A stretch of 51,656 nt of DNA from Trypethelium eluteriae (lineage: Eukaryota). A model generated the notes under the pieces. It was not told the DNA's origin, made no database searches, and was given only the letters and a program-made list of their open reading frames with translations. The translations under genes and the position numbers were made by a program. Each line of letters begins with the position of its first letter. Position 1 is the stretch's first letter. This document shows, one piece after another, positions 10,084-20,626 of this stretch. The stretch spans positions 1-51,656 of the forward strand of contig JAVECL010000107.1 in assembly GCA_051942245.1 (NCBI GenBank), read 5' to 3'.

Positions 10084-13012
10084 TTACAGATCCGACGCTT
10101 CTTCTTCCAAGATAAGCTTGAAGCTGAACGGTTCGAAAGGAACTCCATCGCCTATGAAGTGTTTACTCATGGCCTCCACCCAGTGCAACCGCAAACTGTG
10201 CAGCATGGCACTCGTTCCTTCCATGACACACAGGACTGCCACCGTCAGGGCAAACCACAGGTAAAATAGGACTACCGTCGCCACAATACCGATAGCACCA
10301 GTCTGCTTTAACGCGATAGCAAGAGTCATATTCCACAAGACGATCGACAGCTGTTGATGCGCGAGTGACAACGCCCAGAGACGCAGGTACGATGCAGTGT
10401 GAGAGACACAGTTCAAGCAGAATTCTGTCCACTATTAGCTTCTGCAAGCGACGCCGTCAAATAGAAGAAAAGTCTTACCGATGGTGTGGATGACCTGATG
10501 AATCATAATTTCCGAAAATTCAAACTCCTCATGCTCTCCACCCTCATTAATGTCCTGGGTGATCATAGCCACCCCTTCATCATCATCCGCGAAACTCTCC
10601 CGATTCCCATTTAGCGTCTGGCCCTCCTCGTCATCATCATCGAGCGCACTGACGCGATGGTTCTCGCCGATGCCGCGATAACCCAAGGCCCTCGCACGAT
10701 TATGCTCCCAACGCAGATAGAAGGGCTTCAGGAAGAGCAGGATGGGTACGCAGACAACGGCGATGAGGAGCAGTAGGACCTGGACGACACCCTGGCCCGG
10801 ATAGAGCTGCTCTTCGATCGTGCCAGGGGAGAGGAACATGTAGATGAGCATGTTGAGGAGGCCCGGCGGGTTCGTTCCCTGCCCGAGCCAGTCGACGGAC
10901 CATTTGTAGACGATGGCGAAGACGAGGTAGCCGAAGATGGATTGGAAGAAGAGCATGCCTGGGACGAAGTTACCCCAGATGTCGATCGGGGTTTTGAAGT
11001 GGCGGGCGTTAATGAAGGAGAGGCAGAGTGAGTAGGTCATCTGATTGGATCAGTGGGTGGTATCTTTGGAGAAGGATGGGGGTGTACATACGTGAGCCCA
11101 ACCTAGAAGGATACTGAGCTTCATCTTGTAGCTGTTGGAGAAAAGAAGATCGTTATCGGTGTCATGCCAGCGCCAGTCCATGCCGAATGGATACGTATAG
11201 CCCGACACTCTTTCAGCTGTTGCTGATTTCCCCGTTTGCAAGTCTGCTGGCCATTCCCACATGGACGGGAAAATAGTAAGTTCCTTAGAGAAAGCGTCAC
11301 AGTAAATCAGTCCCGTGTAGATGGAGAAGATGCCCATCATGAGCATGATGTATCGGCCATAGAAAGCCATGGAGAACAACTCGTCGAGCTTCCCTCTCGA
11401 AAGCCGTTTTTCAAAGATGATCATGGCGAGAGCAGCCAAGGTCATGATAGAACCATGTCCAAAATCTCCAAACATGACAGCGAACAGGAAGGGAAAGGTA
11501 ACAATGGTTGGAAGTCCAGGATTGACCTCTTGGTATTTCGCTGTCCCGTAGGCGTCGATGATGGTTTGGAAGCCAAGGGTGAACTTGTTGGTTTTGTTAT
11601 AGGTTGGCGGTGTCTTAGTTGTTTTGATCTGGTTCACAATCGTAGGGACCGAGAGTCCTGCTCGATCATTGACATCCTGCAGAGTTGACTTGATCAATGG
11701 TAGCGATTCTGTCGGACACCAAGCCTCGGCGATGAGGGTCTTTCGTGCCTGGTCGTATGAGAAGCGGTTGAGGGTCTGGTAAACTGCCTTTTCTTTCTTG
11801 ACGATGATCATCCAAGCTGCGAGGCTGCGGCCGATTTGGGTGAGCTCTGCATCAAGAGTCTGCTTCGTGTTGCGCAAGACGTTTCCAAGGTCACCAAGTC
11901 GGGAATTGACCTCGTGAATTTGGTCTCTCCGGAGCTCACTGTTTTCATCCACGCTATACAGATCGGCTCCCAGAGACTCTGATATTTTGCGTATCTTTGC
12001 AATAATCTCCTTTCCATGCGCAAAGATAACGAATACATTCTTTGACACTTCTTCATTGGTCTCTGGGTTCACGATTGTCTCTTCTATTTCCGCTTGGTTC
12101 ATATAGAGATTGCCTCGAAGTGTCCGCCACAATATTCTTTCAAATGCTGCGATCCTCTCTCGTGGTATCACACCGGCGACAAAACCGATATTCATGACAG
12201 AGAAGGCTCGGTCTCCACTAGCATCACCATTTTGTCCATGCTGTTCAACGTCTCGTAATAGTGGCGCATCGTCGTCATCCGTCGAGTGTCTGATATCTTC
12301 CGTGTGACCCCGAGCCTGGAGATGAATTAGATCTATAGCAGCAAGCTGCAGAAATGAGACAGTATCATCCGCGTACCCGGTCGAAAAAGCTGCCGCATTT
12401 GGCAAGCACGTGTCTCCATTCAGTGAGTTCAATCTCACGCTTCTTCAGAGTCTCATAGCTGTCGTTCAGGGAAGCTATGCGTTGCTCAAGGCTTTGGCTT
12501 CTATCGGCCAGCTCATCAATCTCAGATGCAGAAGGAGCCGCAAGAGTATTCGAGAATTCGTAGAGCGGTCTCATCGGTATAGATGCCTTTTCCATTTGTG
12601 ACTGGAAATATCCTTTTCCAACGTCAGCTACATTTGCATGAGACATATGGAGCAAGGAACCTACGAAGTTGCCGCTCAACGTTGTCCAGTCGTCTGATCT
12701 CTTGGGTGAAGGTTCGTTGGAAAGCAGAGACATCGGAGTTCAACTGATGCAGTCATGAGAATCAGCAAAAGCTTTTCTTCGACAGCTCATCACGGCTGGA
12801 GTCAAAAGGGAGGCTCAAGACAAGGAAAGCTCACATCTCGAAAAGCCATGACTCCGAGCTCTCCTAAAGCGCTAACAACTTCACGGCCAATCTGATAGTC
12901 TTGTCAGTCGAGATAGTGCTGCTTTTTTGAGTTTGCGCACCTCGTTCGCTAGATAGAGCTGTGTCAAGCTCATATCCGCAGAGCGGATGCCCGTGTCCCT
13001 GTGGGCTGCCAT
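10084..13012 (-). CDS. VPH1: V-type H+-ATPase subunit a (V0)
   Basis: Multi-exon. [95 protein letters not shown]. Confidence 0.96.
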
Positions 13013-13464
13013 GGTGGCAATAATTTGGTTCTTTGGTAAATGATGATTGAGATGGACAGCAAGTCCACGACGTCTCCGTACCAGGGCTGTTGGTATCAAG
13101 ATCACGTGGGAGACGTTGCAGGGCTCAGCCCGGTTCCTCCTCCTCCGCTCCGGTCCCCCAAAAGTCAGACAGCCACTTTACGACTCCTTCGGCCATAGGC
13201 CAGACCAATAATATATTAACGCATTCCTCTGCGATTTTTCCGAAGGGCCTCAGAATACTCTCTTTGACAAGGATCGATGCAATCTGCAATCATCACTTTA
13301 CTAAACCAATAAGACAACCCAAACTTCAACCGCACGACAATTATCGACCCTCACGGGATATTCGTCTGATCTTGGAGGCTCCGACGTCGCGATCGTTGCA
13401 ACATGCTCAGTCTGGATCTTGAAACAATATTACGAGATAATCTTCAAGAGACTATAAGTACTAT

Positions 13465-14410
13465 CTAAAGCTTCATATTCTCCATCGTCTTCGCCGCTTC
13501 ATCCTTGTACTCATTCCTCCACCTGCTCAGAGGCTGACGCTCGTAAACAATATCTCCCACTGACCACAGCATTCGCTTGCGATCCGTTTCGGTGGAAACA
13601 TCATTATCTATGAATATTAGCAATGAGTTCTTCACTGGATTGTCTCTACTTCGGAACTTACCTGGGCAAATGACATAGAACTTTCCCTGTTCCATTTTTT
13701 GATACAGATAGTCAGCGACTTGCGATGGCTCCCATGCACCATCTGGTTTCGTCTTCGTTGCGCCGCCACCAGTCAAACCAGTGAAGGTCCAACCCGGTAC
13801 CAAAAGATGCACAGAAACACTCGGGTTTTCTTTCAGATCGTATGAAAGATGCTCGGCTAGCGTCTTGATGGCAGATTTTGAAGCATTATAGGCGACATTT
13901 CCCGGTGGGTTAGTGATGCCTTGCTTTGAACCAGTAATAATGATTGCCTTGCGGTCTTGGCTTGGATTGGCGAAGTGAGGATAAAAAGTGTTCACTCCAT
14001 TGACCACTCCGAAGAAGTTGGTATCAAAAATTTTGTGAAAATATTCATTATCGGTCCATGGTCCTTTCAACCCAATGCCAGCGTTCAGCATGAGCAGATC
14101 AAGAGGTGTCTTGGAAAGCTTATTGGAGAGATTCGTCCATGCTGGCAATGACGACACGTCCATATCATGGATTTCAAGCGATGCCTCAGTTGTAGACTGC
14201 TTTATCGCGGAGCTGACTGATTCAAGGCGCTGTCGATCAATATCCTGTCTATAAGGTTATTCCTCGATGTTACCCAGAAGATCCGAGGGCTTGACCAACC
14301 ACCATTACAACGGACATGCCATGTTTAACGCATAATTTGGTGACCGCTAGGCCCACGCCTGACCCGGCTCCAGTGATTAGTGCTCTAGCTCCACTTCTGA
14401 ATACAGACAT
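13465..14410 (-). CDS. Short-chain dehydrogenase/reductase
   Basis: N-terminal ALITGAGSGVG (TGxxxGxG), LMLNAG and catalytic YNASK. Two introns (~14245-14299 and 13608-13661). Confidence 0.9.
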
Positions 14411-14972
14411 TTTCTATGTTCAAGCTCTGGCTGTCTCGATTTACGTACATGTAACCAGGGGCGGGCTTGCATTAAATAGCTCGAAACTGTGGGGTTTGCA
14501 CAAATCTGGACCGGAGTTAAGGAGAGCAATGACGTCGACTTTTTCAGGTCGTCAACCACAGCTTAATCTGAGAATATCTCTTAAGCTTCAATCACGCGCG
14601 TCAACTTACATGCTGGGTGTGAAATATTATAACAACTAAATGTCTGCGAGTTCGTATCCAAGATGTATGATACACATGCATTGGAGATAGCGTCGATGCA
14701 AGCCACAACTTAAGTAGCACGTGGATCTCTTTCGAAACAAAGCCAAACAAAAATGTGATGGACTTCGTTAATGCATTAATTGATCAATGCACAAGTATTA
14801 GTGATATTGGTAAATACGCCAACGCTTGTGGGGGAGCTACTCATTGTCCAATCATATTCCACGATTTGCTTCTTTGACAATGCGGTGACCGCCATTTAAG
14901 CTGGACCTTCACTTCCATTTTTCTACTGAAGTGGTATTCGAAGCAACGCATATAGCAACCTCTAGACCCAAT

Positions 14973-17449
14973 ATGAGCAGTACTCGAGCTTCCTTTGGTG
15001 CAATACCAACAAGAGACCGGCGGTTCAGCACTGCCAAGCCGCCAACGGAGAATGGTACGTCAGACAAGGCTCACAGCTCTCGTCAGCCGTGGATAAGCTC
15101 CCCTGCCGGCACAGTGGTACAATCCGATTGGTATACATTCTGACACTCTACAGAGTTGAATTCTAAAATTCATCGCCAGTTCCGTGATAGCCATGAGGGC
15201 CACAAACCTCATGCTGGCTTGGATCCGACAAGAGCATCAACAGGTGTAGTTTGGGTCTCTGAGCGAGCCTATGAGCATGGTGTAAGGACTTCTATTCTTC
15301 CCTTCGATTGATTGGCGTAATCCCGTACTCACGCTTACCGAGAGTTGCTTTCGGGAATGCTGATTTTGTATAGTATCTTGATCATCCCGAAGAATGGGCA
15401 AATCTTGGTTTGTTCCACATCGCGTGCACATGTTCAACGTGGGAAAAGCTGACCTCCAGATAGGACAGGGAGCCCCAGAAGTAAGACTGCGCAGTTCTGT
15501 TATTTTTGGGACCTAGCTAATGTGAGAGGATAGGTCGAAGATGACATTGTCGGCAGTTTCAAACGTCCAGAGACTGTCCAAATCACCAATGGTGGAAGAG
15601 AGTATGGTCCTACGGCAGGCATCAAACCTCTGCGAGAGGCAGTTGCGAACCTCTACAACGAGCATCATCGCCAGGGCAAATCTAGCAAGGTAACGCATTC
15701 CACAGAACTTCCTCGGAGTTAAATGGCAGCTAAAGATGCATACTGTAGTATACTTGGGGTCAGTCACGTTCTCGGAAAGACTCCACAGTCCGCTGAGAAT
15801 AAGTCTTCCAGAAAATGTCTGCATCGTACCCGGGGGTCGGGCTGGGCTCATTCGGATAGCCGCCGTCCTGGGTAATGCCTATCTAGGTACGTTCGAACTC
15901 AGGAAGACTATCAAGTTGAGTCACGAACGGACGTTGCCAGCTGATTTAACAAGGCTTCTTCATTCCGGACTATACGGCGTACAACGAAATGTTGTCGTTG
16001 TTCCGAAACGTGGGTCAAGTCCAGTCTTACTTTCACTTAACAATCTGACACATGTGCTTGAACTGCAGTTTGCTGCAATTCCAATACCACTCTCCCGAGA
16101 AGATAAGTACCACATTCACCCGCAAAAGGTGGCCGAGGAAATAGCTCGAGGGACATCCGTCATTCTGACTTCCAACCCAAGGAACCCGACGGGACAAGTA
16201 GGTGTTGGAAACGCCCTGTTTTGGGAGGAGCTCACTAACATATCTAAAGGTCGTCCAGAACCCGGAGCTTGCTGTAAGTCTGCCACTGACATGTGCTATT
16301 TCGACTTACACTCACCTATTTCACAGGAGATACAGGTAGGCCAAATAATGAGTCGCAGTTCAACCATCTGCTAATATTCCTCCAGGACCTTTGTCGGGAC
16401 CGGGCAACGTTGATCAGTATGACATCTTCTCGGACAGGTTAGAGAGATACTGACACCTTCGTTTTAGTGGACGAGTTCTACTGTGGATATAATTATACTA
16501 GTGGCTGCGATGGTATTTATTTGAACTGCTGATCTTTGAAGGTGAAGGAAAATGGCTTCTAATGTGTTTTAGGTACTGTCATTTCATCGGCGGAAAATGT
16601 CATTGATGTCGACGACGATGGTTCGGATGCTTCTAACGGTTGACCTCCTTTTCATACTGACCGAAGGCAGATGTTCTTATAATTGACGGCATGACCAAGC
16701 GGTTCCGGCTTCCTGTACAGTAATCCGAATCTCATTTTATCCGTCTTAGGGACTGACGTCTTTCAGGGTTGGCGTGTGGCCTGGATCGTCGGTCCCAAAG
16801 AATTCATCAAAGCGATTGGATCATGTGGGTCCTACCTCGATGGCGGGACAAACGTGCCTTTCCAAGAGGCGGCGATCCCAATGCTAGAGCCAAATAAGGT
16901 TCGTCATGAGATGAAAGCGCTTCAGTCTCACTTCATGGAGAAGAGGGACTACGTTATTGGGCGTTTGACAAAGATGGGCTTCGAGATCCCATACGAGCCA
17001 AACAGCACGTTCTATCTGTGGCTTGATCTGTCACAGCTCCCGGAGAGTATTAGAGATGGTCTAAATTTCTTCCAAGCTTGTCTAGAGGAAAAGGTACGTC
17101 TGAAACTGCCTAAATAAGCTCAGTGGCCGACTCTAAGCTCCTTATCTAGGTTACGGTTATTCCAGGTACAGCATACTCTAGCAGATTGAAGTGCTCTCGT
17201 CGACATCCCTTTAACATGTGCTTCACAGGCGTCTTTTTCGACCTCAACCCAAGCAAGCGGAGAGACTTATTCGACAGCCCATGTCATCATTTCGTCCGGC
17301 TGAGTTACGGACCGCGTATGGAAACGCTGAAGAAAGGTCTAGATGCCATTGAGAGAATTGTGAAGAAGTACGCTTTCCATGCCTCGCGACAATGCATTCT
17401 ACTGATGATATGAACTAGGAATCAAGGCGCGCGACGACCCATTCGCTGA
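14973..17449 (+). CDS. PLP-dependent class I/II aminotransferase (aspartate aminotransferase-like), 19 exons
   Basis: Spliced reading gives WANLGQGAPE, YGPTAGIKPLREAVA, ILTSNPRNPTG, DEFY, DGMTKRFRLPGWRVAW (PLP lysine) and FVRLSYGP. 18 GT-AG introns reconstructed in phase. Confidence 0.9.
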
Positions 17450-18193
17450 GACGATCGCTAGATGTGCCACAAATCGAAGTTCGACTCCGGTGTTCTCTCA
17501 AGGATAGCCATGCCCATGGCACTTGCGCTTGCTGGGCCTCCGGTGATAGGGGATGCGTCGGACTGACCATACTTTCTAGTGGAAACAGAAGGTCATGAAC
17601 TCTGTGTAGGTGTAGCAACGAGCTGTTGTGGACAGCGAATATGTAGTTGAAATGACATTCCTTTTCAAGATTAAGACTCACAACCATCGTTCTGCCGGCT
17701 CAGGGGTGTTTGGAAATTCATAGGAACTAAGTGTGTGGCATTGCAGATGCAACGCTTCGTATTACGCTATTCTGAGGACTAGGAAGAGAAGGACCTGCTG
17801 TAGATATTGCAGGATGCGGCGATTAAAGACATGCTTTATCTCGCCTTGGTACTTTGCGTGATATTTCCGTCTCGTACATTGTGTACGGAGCACTAGGTAA
17901 GGCACCTACTAGTTTAGTATGACGTCACTGATCAGAGCTTGCCTTTCACTCTAGAAAAGATGCCAGTCAACGTAAATAAACTGCAAACTTGATACCACCA
18001 CCAAGGATTTTCCAGTATGCTCACTTTCGGCCAACCAGTAATATGCTCGAACAGCCACATGCTTGATTGATCTGGTGGCTCTCCGAGTGGGGTCTGGGGT
18101 CTCTAGGACAAATCAAGTGATAAAGCTCAAACTTTTGACTGAGTCTCAAAGGTACCTGTTACTCTTTCCCTTCCTCTCCTACCTGCACATGTA

Positions 18194-19039
18194 ATGCAGT
18201 CAACGAAATCATTATGGCTTCTACGAGACTGTCGCACATTTCCAAAGATCGTTCGGCATTTTCAGACAACCAAGCCGCACCGTGATCCTCATACATCGAT
18301 CGACCCGTCGGAGGTTACTCATTTCAATGCACTCGCCTCAACCTGGTGGGATCCCCATGGTCCGTCTCGACTTCTTCATCTCATGAACCCTCTTCGACAT
18401 GACTTCATTGGGTCTTGCAGAGCCGCGCCTTCTAGAAACCAGGAACGAGGATTACGCTATCTAGATATAGGATGTGGAGGCGGAATCTTCGCCGAATCCG
18501 CCGCGCGATTAGCAACTACGGCTCACGTTACTGCTATCGACCCGTCATCAGAAGTTTTGGACATTGCAAAATACCATTCACGTCGGGATCCAATCCTCAT
18601 GGAGCCAGGGCGGCTGAGCTACCAAAATGTGTCAATCGAAGGTCTGAAGATCCCAGACAAGGATGAAGAGAGATACGACGTTGTAACACTATTTGAAGTC
18701 ATTGAACATGTCACCAATCCTTCGGCATTTCTCGATCAGGTACTACCACACGTTCACCCTGGAGGTTGGCTGATATTGTCGACCATAGCTCGCACGTGGA
18801 CGAGCTGGTTGACAACAAAGTTCATTGCAGAGGACGTCATCCGACTTGTGCCAAAGGGGACGCACGAGTGGGAGAAATTCATCAATGAACCCGAGATGAG
18901 GGCCTGGTTCACGAGGAGAAATGGATGGACCGACATACGCTCCATGGGCGTGGTTTACATTCCAGGTCTAGGGTGGAAAGAGGTGCCTAATAGTGAACAG
19001 TGGGGCAATTACTTCTTTGGAGTGAGAAAGGAGGCCTAA
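18194..19039 (+). CDS. COQ3: Ubiquinone biosynthesis O-methyltransferase
   Basis: Single exon. EVTHFNALASTWWDPHGPSRLLHLMNPLR, LDIGCGGGIFAES, FEVIEHV, VPKGTHEWEKFI. Confidence 0.95.
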   Translation: MQSTKSLWLLRDCRTFPKIVRHFQTTKPHRDPHTSIDPSEVTHFNALASTWWDPHGPSRLLHLMNPLRHDFIGSCRAAPSRNQERGLRYLDIGCGGGIFAESAARLATTAHVTAIDPSSEVLDIAKYHSRRDPILMEPGRLSYQNVSIEGLKIPDKDEERYDVVTLFEVIEHVTNPSAFLDQVLPHVHPGGWLILSTIARTWTSWLTTKFIAEDVIRLVPKGTHEWEKFINEPEMRAWFTRRNGWTDIRSMGVVYIPGLGWKEVPNSEQWGNYFFGVRKEA

Positions 19040-19434
19040 ATTGCCATGTCTATGCTGTCATATTATGGGCTATTGCAAATTATATAGCCTCTGTTGTCTT
19101 CACTGATGCGTGCCTTGAGGAGCCCTCAAGGCCTCGAGGAAATACATGGTGAAATACGGCAATTTGAAAAGCCCAAATGCCGTCACAGTATCCCGCCTGT
19201 TCTTCAGTTGCTTCCCACCTATTCCACCGTTGTTACGGTGGGTTGACGCCCCCCCCCCGATCCCAACACGAACATTAGCCCTCAATTTTAGCGCCCTCGC
19301 TAACTGAAGTGATCGTGGATGCAAGGAAATCGAGATTGTATGTACATATGATGGCTTGATCATACCCATAACTGGTACGTGCCCTTCTTCTGGATCCATG
19401 TACTATGCGCGAGAGGATTGCAAAGCTGCAGGCC

Positions 19435-20238
19435 TCACTTTTTCCGGTTGCTGTAATCCTTGAGTACCGCCGTCATATGCACGTTCGTAGTACGCCCTCC
19501 GCTCCGAGGCGCCCGCTTTTTCTTCTCCTTTTGCTTCTTCTGAGCCACAGGTTGTTTGATCTGACTGGTTGGCGTCAAGCCTGCCCTCTCCAGTTCTGCC
19601 CTCATCTCGCTCACATTTGGGGGCAATTCCATCTTGTGCCAAAGCTGACGGAATTCCTGTTCCACATGTTGAGCCAAGGAAGGGTCATCCGGCCAGACAT
19701 GCTTGGGTGCGCCGTCTTTTTTGTTCCTCGTTACAAGCAGCTCGCCCTTCGCCTCTAACTCATCGATCGCCGTAGGAACTGCCGACCACCCTTCCTTGAG
19801 CTCCTTCACTGAGATGCCTTGCGCAGTTGGTCGTGCTTGCAGGTATCCTTTAAGCTCGTCGGCGGAATGTACTGGATGTAGTGGCCGGTAGGTGAATGCC
19901 CCTTTCCCGTCAAACCCTTTGGGGATGTAGTCTACCCTTGGATTTGTTTTTAGATGGTTTCGAAGGTCTCTCCGAACACTGTCGGTATTCAACTGTGGTG
20001 GTACGGAAAGAAATCTGTAGATGTCGTCGAAGGTCAAGGCCTTCTCCTTCTCTTTTAAGTATTTCACAGCGTAGACAGCCAGGGCCATGACATTGCCTCC
20101 GTTGGCTGGATCTGCGGTCTGGGCATATGTAGTGGGTGGTGGATCAGGGCGTTTGCGCTTCAAGTCGTTCTGGCTTGAGGGAGCTGAGGATGGTATAGGA
20201 GAGGAGGTTGCTGGTTCTGTCTTTATGCGAGTCGCCAT
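19435..20238 (-). CDS. TFA2: Transcription initiation factor TFIIE beta subunit
   Basis: From ATG 20238. YAVKYLKEKEK, FTYRPLHPV, GISVKELKEGW, LLVTRNKKDG, FRQLWHKM and C-terminal RTTNVHM...LKDY. Confidence 0.9.
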   Translation of the reverse strand: MATRIKTEPATSSPIPSSAPSSQNDLKRKRPDPPPTTYAQTADPANGGNVMALAVYAVKYLKEKEKALTFDDIYRFLSVPPQLNTDSVRRDLRNHLKTNPRVDYIPKGFDGKGAFTYRPLHPVHSADELKGYLQARPTAQGISVKELKEGWSAVPTAIDELEAKGELLVTRNKKDGAPKHVWPDDPSLAQHVEQEFRQLWHKMELPPNVSEMRAELERAGLTPTSQIKQPVAQKKQKEKKKRAPRSGGRTTNVHMTAVLKDYSNRKK

Positions 20239-20626
20239 GCTGATAGGACTCGACTGGGCTGGTAAAAGAAGAGAGAAATCGGGTTGATGGTGGAGGTGAG
20301 AAGAGGATGGTTGAGTGAAAGTGGTGGTTCTCTGGCTTGAGAGACAGTTTTTTGTGTCAACAGAAAAGAGCAAGGACAGTAGACTGCAAGGACAATAGAC
20401 CACGGTGGGGCTGCAAGTGATATTCAGAGCGGAGTGGTGGCTGGGGTGGAGCGGACGCGGGATAGCGACGCCGGAAGCATCACTCGCATCACTTTTTGAG
20501 CCGTACAAAGAAAGACGCGTCCAGTCCGCTACCTTTCCCTCTCACTTTCTTCTGGTTCACCCAATTCTACTCCTGCCATTCCAACGCGTCCTGAATGATG
20601 CTTGGCATTTCCTAAGCCTTTTCATC

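Noticed and set aside
13101..13110. E-box ATCACGTG upstream of VPH1
   Set aside because: A single short motif is expected by chance, and it cannot be supported without conservation data.
19435..20626. Apparent overlap of extended TFA2 (to 20508) and MLP1 (from 20405) ORFs
   Set aside because: The extensions lack credible protein features; the likely ATGs are 20238 and 20627, giving an ordinary divergent pair.
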